Shown: piece after piece, positions 58,092 to 64,000 of the stretch
Layout: each line of letters opens with the position of its first letter
Numbering within the stretch: the first letter of the stretch is position 1
NCBI GenBank assembly: GCA_963422365.1
Contig: OY729426.1
Location: 928,001 to 992,000, forward strand
Direction: 5' to 3'
Length of the DNA stretch: 64,000 bases
Source: Nitrospirales bacterium
GTDB taxonomy: Bacteria; Nitrospirota; Nitrospiria; Nitrospirales; UBA8639
Notes under the pieces: generated by a model
Databases searched by the model: none
The model's input: only the letters and a program-made list of their open reading frames with translations
Told to the model about the DNA's origin: nothing
Program-made: the position numbers and the translations under genes

Positions 58092-58913
58092 ATGTCCAGT
58101 CCTCCCCCTCCTCGTCCGCAAAAACGCCTTGGTCAACATTTTCTCATTGATCCCAATATGGCCCGAAAGATTCTGAAGGTCGCGGCATTGCGTCCACAAG
58201 ATGTCGTCTTTGAAATCGGACCTGGACGGGGTGCCCTCACGCAGTTGCTGTGCGAACGGGTCTCCAAAGTCATTGCCGTAGAACTCGATCGGCAACTGTT
58301 CCACGCTCTTGCTCAAATCTGGGCACAAGACAACACCTTGGAATTGCATCACGGGGATGCGTTGGAGTTTTCCTATGACACCCTGCCTAGGGGAACGGTT
58401 GTCATTGCAAATTTACCGTACTATGTTTCGACCCCTTTGGTCTTTCGGTTGTTGCCGGAACATGATCGGATCGACCGGATGGTGTTGATGCTGCAACGTG
58501 AAGTGGCCGAGCGAATCATCGCCAAACCGGGCTCACGGGACTATGGCATCTTGTCCATCATCAGCCAATATTATACAAAGCCCCACAAGGCGTTTGTCGT
58601 GCCGGCGAGTTGTTTTCGCCCGGTCCCGCAAGTGGACTCGGCGGTGCTGTGTCTTGCAAGGCGGTCCGGGCAACAACCCACTGATGCACGCTTCGATCAG
58701 GTGTTCCTGAAGGTCGTCCGAGGTGCGTTTGCACATCGACGCAAGACCTTGCTCAACTCCTATCGGGAGGAAGGATGGGAAGAAGCCTTGATTCAACAGG
58801 CCTTGGAACAGACCCATCTCGACCCACGGCGTCGGGCCGAAACAGTGACGGTCCAAGAGTTTATGGCCTTGGCGCATTCTGTGCTGACCTGCCATCCTTA
58901 TTCTGAAAATTAG
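58092..58913 (+). CDS. rsmA: 16S rRNA dimethyltransferase RsmA/KsgA
   Basis: KRLGQHFL, EIGPGRG, ANLPYYVST, MLQREVAER, PQVDSAV, FAHRRKTL. Confidence 0.97.
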   Translation: MSSPPPPRPQKRLGQHFLIDPNMARKILKVAALRPQDVVFEIGPGRGALTQLLCERVSKVIAVELDRQLFHALAQIWAQDNTLELHHGDALEFSYDTLPRGTVVIANLPYYVSTPLVFRLLPEHDRIDRMVLMLQREVAERIIAKPGSRDYGILSIISQYYTKPHKAFVVPASCFRPVPQVDSAVLCLARRSGQQPTDARFDQVFLKVVRGAFAHRRKTLLNSYREEGWEEALIQQALEQTHLDPRRRAETVTVQEFMALAHSVLTCHPYSEN

Positions 58914-58982
58914 TCTGAAAAGCTGTGACTCGATCTCGTCTCTACGAAAGGGTACTCAGATATTTTTAACTAGGTATTTCGA

Positions 58983-59011
58983 TTGATAAACAGGCCTCTC
59001 TATGTTAGAGT
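58983..59011 (+). promoter_or_regulatory. Putative ftsK promoter (leaderless geometry)
   Basis: TTGATA-17-(TG)TAGAGT; ATG begins 7 nt after the -10 element. Confidence 0.55.
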
Positions 59012-59017
59012 AACCCC

Positions 59018-61402
59018 ATGCGTCTCTTCCCTAGGCCAGCCAGGAAATCCGCTAAGTGGGAAGTGCCACTCCCCACCTTTCAACTGGGTCGCGAAATTCT
59101 CGGAATTTTTCTCATCACCCTGGCCGTGTTGGTGTTTTTGAGTCTGTGGTCATTTTCACTCCAAGACGTCGGATGGTTTGCGCTCCAAGATCGCGACACG
59201 GTAGGGGAACAGGGCAGCCTCCACAATTTGGTTGGGCTGGTGGGAGCCTCTATTGCCGCAAGCTTGATTTGGGTCGTGGGGTCCGCATCGTTAGCAATCC
59301 CGTTTTTAATCTTTTTGCACGGGATTCGAGTCTTTCAAGAAGAGCAGAAAACCGCTAGAAGTATCCTGGGCTCCGTGCTGTTTCTCCTGTGTATGAGCAC
59401 GCTCATTCGGTTACATCATCCCTTCTCTGTTCAGGCGTTACAGGACGGGATCACAGTGGGATTATATGCCGGGAAGGGGGGAGTCTGGATGGCCGGCGGG
59501 TTGGAGCCCTTGTTTGGCCAATGGGGCAGCACGATCTTACTGGGATCCCTTCTGCTCATCTCCCTCTTGTTCATCATGCCTTTTTCCGTTTCGGCAGGGG
59601 TTGGACGTATTCCGAAGGGCGTGGGGAAGATGGGAAAATTGGTACGGCTTCCCGTCTTGCCTTGGCCTTCTTGGTTGAAAGCAAGCTGGAGATCTCGAGC
59701 CAACAAACAGGTCAAGATCAACCGAAGTTTAGGTGGGCGAAGAGGAGCCTTTTCGTTCATGACAAAGGAGGTCCCTTTGCAGGATCCACCTGCCCGTGAA
59801 AGAGATTCCGCTCCGGCTGACATAGACTTTCCTGAAGAGTCACCGAGGTCTCGGCCCGACGTGGTTCGGAAGGTGGCGAAGGGCTATCATTTGCCTGATC
59901 CCTTGGACCTGCTTGAGCCACCCTCTGTTTCGAATGGGCAACAGGCCGATCAAATTTTAGAGTCGCAATCCCAAATCCTCACAAGTACGTTGCAGAACTT
60001 CGGTATTGCCGGACACGTGACGGAAGTGCACCCGGGTCCGGTCATCACCATGTATGAATTCGTCCCTGGGCCCGGCATCAAAGTCGCTCGAATCGTGACG
60101 CTCGCGCATGATTTAGCCATGGCGCTGAAAGCCACCAGCGTGCGAATCGTGGTCCCGCTTCCAGGGAAATCCACGGTCGGGATTGAAGTCCCCAACCCGG
60201 TGCGAGAAACCGTGGCATTACAGGAAATTTTGACCAGTGAGGTCTATGCCCGGTCACGATCGACATTAACGCTGGCCTTGGGAAAGGATATTTTTGGGCG
60301 GCCTTATGTCACGGATCTTGGAACAACGCCTCACCTGTTGGTGGCCGGGGCAACCGGTTCTGGAAAAAGCGTGGGGTTGAATAGTATGTTGTTAAGCCTC
60401 CTCTTTTCTGCCCACCCTGACGAGGTTAAGCTGTTGCTTATTGATCCCAAGGTCTTGGAACTTCAGGTCTATGACGGCATCCCGCATCTGTTGCATCCGG
60501 TGTTGACTGCTCCCAAAGCTGCGGCTCGTGGGTTAACCTGGGTGCTTCAGGAAATGGAGCGCCGCTATCGCCTCCTGGCGGAATACGGGGTTCGTAATCT
60601 TCAGGCCTATAATCTGAAAGTGGGTCATCAGAAGGCCCAAGTTGAAGAAAAGACGGGTTTGTCTCGGCCCCGATTCGACTCGGCGACCGAGCCATCGGCT
60701 GAGGAGGCCGTCAACCTTGGTGGTCAGCCACCGGTGGCCCATGAACCTCTCCCGTATATTGTGGTGGTGGTCGATGAATTTGCCGATCTCATGATGACGG
60801 CGCCCAAAGATGTGGAAGAAAAAATTGCCCGACTGGCACAAATGGCCCGAGCTTCAGGTATCCATCTTATTCTGGCCACCCAACGCCCCTCGGTGGACGT
60901 GGTGACCGGACTCATCAAAGCAAATTTTCCAGCCCGAATCGCCTATCAAGTCTCTTCCAAAACGGACTCCAGGACCATCCTTGATGCGAATGGGGCCGAA
61001 TCGCTTCTCGGATTGGGAGACATGCTGTATTTGCCCCCCGGGACCGGACGCCTTGCGCGGCTTCACGGGTCCTATGTCTCCGATGATGAGGTCCGCCGGG
61101 TGGTTGAGTACGTAAAGGCACAGGCCGGCCCTGATTTTTGCGGCGAAACGGCTTTCCAGGCTCCTGTCAACGTCGAAGAGGATCAAGAACGTGATGAAGT
61201 GTATGAGCAAGCCAGGGAAGTGGTGTTGACATCCGGACAGGCCTCTGCTTCCCTTATTCAACGTCGATTGCGGGTGGGCTATCCCCGAGCGGCTCGAATG
61301 ATTGAACAGATGGAAGAAGAAGGCATGGTGAGTGCACCGGGACGCGATGGCCGTCGTGAAGTGTTGGGACCTCGAATGGCGCTCGAAGAGGAAGTGAGAT
61401 GA
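59018..61402 (+). CDS. ftsK: DNA translocase FtsK
   Basis: N-terminal TMs; PHLLVAGATGSGKSV, DEFADLMM, LATQRPSVDV, gamma domain SLIQRRLRVGYPRAAR. Confidence 0.97.
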   Translation: MRLFPRPARKSAKWEVPLPTFQLGREILGIFLITLAVLVFLSLWSFSLQDVGWFALQDRDTVGEQGSLHNLVGLVGASIAASLIWVVGSASLAIPFLIFLHGIRVFQEEQKTARSILGSVLFLLCMSTLIRLHHPFSVQALQDGITVGLYAGKGGVWMAGGLEPLFGQWGSTILLGSLLLISLLFIMPFSVSAGVGRIPKGVGKMGKLVRLPVLPWPSWLKASWRSRANKQVKINRSLGGRRGAFSFMTKEVPLQDPPARERDSAPADIDFPEESPRSRPDVVRKVAKGYHLPDPLDLLEPPSVSNGQQADQILESQSQILTSTLQNFGIAGHVTEVHPGPVITMYEFVPGPGIKVARIVTLAHDLAMALKATSVRIVVPLPGKSTVGIEVPNPVRETVALQEILTSEVYARSRSTLTLALGKDIFGRPYVTDLGTTPHLLVAGATGSGKSVGLNSMLLSLLFSAHPDEVKLLLIDPKVLELQVYDGIPHLLHPVLTAPKAAARGLTWVLQEMERRYRLLAEYGVRNLQAYNLKVGHQKAQVEEKTGLSRPRFDSATEPSAEEAVNLGGQPPVAHEPLPYIVVVVDEFADLMMTAPKDVEEKIARLAQMARASGIHLILATQRPSVDVVTGLIKANFPARIAYQVSSKTDSRTILDANGAESLLGLGDMLYLPPGTGRLARLHGSYVSDDEVRRVVEYVKAQAGPDFCGETAFQAPVNVEEDQERDEVYEQAREVVLTSGQASASLIQRRLRVGYPRAARMIEQMEEEGMVSAPGRDGRREVLGPRMALEEEVR

Positions 61403-62091
61403 AACCCCTTCGATGGATCGTTCTTGGATGTGTCTGTGTTTTGTCTTTGCCGATGGTCACGCCGGGCAAGGGCAGTGACAGCATCGAGGCGTTGGTCCAA
61501 CGCGTTGATGCGCAGTATGCGCATCTCAAAGACTTCCAGGCCGACTTTGTTCAGGAAACGCGCATTCAAGGATTTGACACACCTCTTCGATCCTCTGGGC
61601 GGGTCTATCTTAAAAAACCTGGACGGCTCCGCTGGGATTATATGGAACCCTCGGTCGAGCACATGTATGTGGATCGAGATCGGTTGGCGCTGTATGTGCC
61701 CGCACATAATCAAGTGTTAAAGGGCAGTCTCACAATGATGGTTGCGACAAAGGCTCCTCTTCAGTTGTTGCAGGGTATTGGAAAATTGGCTGAACATTTT
61801 TTCGTGCATCCGACGGGGAATGGAGCGGTGGGGGAAGGTGGGTTGCCGTTGTTGACGCTGATCCCCAAGCCTTTTCCTGATTCGGTGCCGTCGTCGATTG
61901 TCAAGATCGTGTCGGAAATCCAACCCGACACGTATTTCATTCGCTCCCTCTCCTTGCATGAGGGCAATGGAAACGTCTCCACGTTTCGGTTCTCCAATTT
62001 CAAGGCTAATAGAGGATTGGATGAAACGGTGTTTATCTTGAATCTGCCTGAAGGAGTGGTGATCGTGGAAGATGTTCTTCCGAAGAGTTGA
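61399..62091 (+). CDS. lolA: Outer membrane lipoprotein carrier LolA
   Basis: DFQADFVQ, SGRVYLKKPGRLRWDY; directly follows ftsK. Confidence 0.9.
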   Translation: MKPLRWIVLGCVCVLSLPMVTPGKGSDSIEALVQRVDAQYAHLKDFQADFVQETRIQGFDTPLRSSGRVYLKKPGRLRWDYMEPSVEHMYVDRDRLALYVPAHNQVLKGSLTMMVATKAPLQLLQGIGKLAEHFFVHPTGNGAVGEGGLPLLTLIPKPFPDSVPSSIVKIVSEIQPDTYFIRSLSLHEGNGNVSTFRFSNFKANRGLDETVFILNLPEGVVIVEDVLPKS

Positions 62092-62211
62092 CCAAAGCCG
62101 TCCTCATGAATAGCGAAACAGTTTCTATGGCCTTCTGCCCCCTGATTCGCCTAACCGAACGAGACGTGTCTTGAGAACCAACTGGCCCGTAAGTCAGGGA
62201 TAGCGTGCGAG

Positions 62212-62787
62212 ATGAAAACGATGGGCGGCCGCATGAGAGTTCTGCCGTGCCTGGTTATCTTGGCTGTGGGAACGTGGCTGTTTCCCTTGCCCGTCTTGAG
62301 TCTGACGGGCGATCTGACCAACGATCCTGCCAAGGTCATCAAAAAATACCTGTCGTTGGATAAACGAGGGGTACGGTTAACCGCGCTGTCCTATGAAGCG
62401 GTCAAGCCGTATGTCGCTTGGGACAAAGAAGAGCCGATTTGGGAACAGTTCGTGGTGATTCTCGACTATTCGGTTATCGACGACGTCACGCAATGGAAAA
62501 TCGTGAGCAGCACGGAAGCCCTCATTCCCGTCACCTTTCAGGTCCTTGGAGTCGTCCACGTGGAAACCGCGACGTTTTTGCCTGAGCCGAAGGAGGAAGT
62601 GTTTTTCATTCGCATTCGAGCCGTTGACAATCACTGGAAAATGGTGTCGCCGACGTTTCCTCCACATGTCGGCCGAAAACGCTTAGCGGATTTCGTGAAA
62701 GCAACCATTCTTCATGAAGGCAATGAAGATCGGGTCGAGACGTTGCGCAGACTCAGAGCAGATCTCGTCAAAGCCGGCCGATCATGA
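62212..62787 (+). CDS. Exported hypothetical protein
   Basis: Signal peptide; 4-nt overlap with the HAD gene. Start uncertain. Confidence 0.7.
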   Translation: MKTMGGRMRVLPCLVILAVGTWLFPLPVLSLTGDLTNDPAKVIKKYLSLDKRGVRLTALSYEAVKPYVAWDKEEPIWEQFVVILDYSVIDDVTQWKIVSSTEALIPVTFQVLGVVHVETATFLPEPKEEVFFIRIRAVDNHWKMVSPTFPPHVGRKRLADFVKATILHEGNEDRVETLRRLRADLVKAGRS

Positions 62788-63449
62788 ACCGCGGCCCGCT
62801 AGCGGACTCCGTTCGGTTAGTCATTTTTGATTTCGACGGGACCCTCATCGATTCAAAGTATGATATTGCCACTTCGCTGAATCGCACACTCGGAGATTTG
62901 GATTTGCCGACGCGGCCTCCCAAAGAAATTTTTACCTTTGTCGGCGATGGAATCAAACGATTGTTGCGCGTATCCGTAGGGGAAGAAAATGAGGCATGCT
63001 ATGAAGAATCACTCCACCTCTTCCGCCGTTATTATCTCGCGCATTGTTTGGATACCACGCAATTGTACCCCGGCCTGGACCAGTTGTTTGACGGGCGGGG
63101 TACGCGCATGAAAGCCCTGGCCACGAATAAATCGTTGGAATATACCTTGCGCATCACCGAAGGATTGAAGGTCAAAGAACAGTTTGCCGCGATCGAAGGT
63201 CCTCTCGACCAGTCTGATTTGAAACCTGATCCTGGCATGTTGTGGCGGATCCTGGAGCGTCTCGCGGTTCCACCGGAAGGAGCCGTACTCGTGGGAGATA
63301 GCACGAATGACGTGCGAGCCGCCCAAGCTGCAGGGGTCTATTCCTGCGCGGTAGGCTATGGGTATGGCAATCGAGACAAGGTGTTGGCCCTCAACCCTGA
63401 TTACTATTGTGAAAAGCCGAGCGATCTTCTTGCGCTCTTGTTCGGATAG
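62784..63449 (+). CDS. HAD hydrolase, phosphoglycolate phosphatase-like
   Basis: FDFDGTLIDS, ATNK, KPDP, VGDSTND, GYGYG. Confidence 0.9.
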   Translation: MNRGPLADSVRLVIFDFDGTLIDSKYDIATSLNRTLGDLDLPTRPPKEIFTFVGDGIKRLLRVSVGEENEACYEESLHLFRRYYLAHCLDTTQLYPGLDQLFDGRGTRMKALATNKSLEYTLRITEGLKVKEQFAAIEGPLDQSDLKPDPGMLWRILERLAVPPEGAVLVGDSTNDVRAAQAAGVYSCAVGYGYGNRDKVLALNPDYYCEKPSDLLALLFG

Positions 63450-63672
63450 GTTCGTTCTCTCTCCGGCCCTTCCCTTTCCGATGCCATCCCGAATCATCTC
63501 CTGTTTTGTGTGACTACCACTGAGTTCTTCAACACACTGCGAAGTCTTAGGGCCTTTCCATCCTCTGGTTAACGGCTCGTCAAGATAGTGGACTAAATTA
63601 GTAAGAGAGTCTTGGCGACGAACATCTGGTCAGGATAGTCGACTGCCGCTCGTAACAGGAAGGAAGGGGCCT

Positions 63673-64000
63673 ATGGAGAAGATCGGAAGACGAACCGTCT
63701 TGAAGTTGAGTGTCTTGGAGGGTTTAGGCCTGATGGCAAAACCTCGGGGATTCCTGCCTGTTTTGGCTATGGAGGGGTCGGAAACGTTTGAAGTCGTCAA
63801 AACGGAAGAGGAGTGGAAAGCCCTATTGAGTCCGGCACAGTATCATCTGCTTCGCCAAGAAGGGACGGAGTCGCTGTTTGCCAATACCTATCATCAAAGC
63901 AAGGCAACAGGCACGTACCATTGGCTGTGAACTGGCGTTGTTTTCCTCGGAATCCAAGTATGACAGCAAAACCGGCTGGCCAAGTTTTTGGGAGCCTCTT
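63673..64000 (+). pseudogene. msrB: Exported MsrB (Tat-like signal), frameshifted near 63920; runs off the window
   Basis: RRTVLK signal, EEWKALLSPAQYHLLRQEGTE, GTYH, then GCELALFSSESKYDSKTGWPSFWEP in a different frame. Confidence 0.85.

Overview
Bacterial chromosome window, most likely a Nitrospira/Nitrospirales-type genome (inferred from gene content and a Nitrospira-style palindromic repeat; not verified). The housekeeping backbone comprises prfC, a TetR-RND efflux operon, an orphan RiPP-type B12/radical SAM gene, bcp, pdxB, an Rrf2-led sulfate assimilation operon, sugE/gdx, tmRNA, dtd, murJ, ruvA, yebC, fmt, rsmA, ftsK, lolA and a HAD phosphatase. Three accessory blocks interrupt it. (1) About 12.6-25.8 kb: a visibly GC-rich surface-glycosylation island with a GT2 whose 5' end is out of frame at a C15 tract, two SMR/EamA flippase-like copies and four different membrane/secreted genes that all end in the same ~100-aa two-Cys domain. 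These genes sit as tandem cassettes between duplicated homology arms, the best candidate for an undescribed system here. (2) About 35.6-38.8 kb: a small YLDPG membrane peptide, a kinase-like/methyltransferase (NoeA-like) fusion and an LtaS/EptA-fold membrane enzyme. (3) About 46.8-52.9 kb: a defence island with an intact BsuBI/PstI-family R-M pair next to an mrr whose expected start codon reads ATA, plus debris of type I R-M, vapBC, YhcG and TIR genes. Also notable are four frame-preserving REP-like GSGQA insertions in one gene, a 45-bp near-perfect palindrome and many frameshifted genes, some of which may be sequencing errors. All calls come from reading the sequence by eye; no searches were run.
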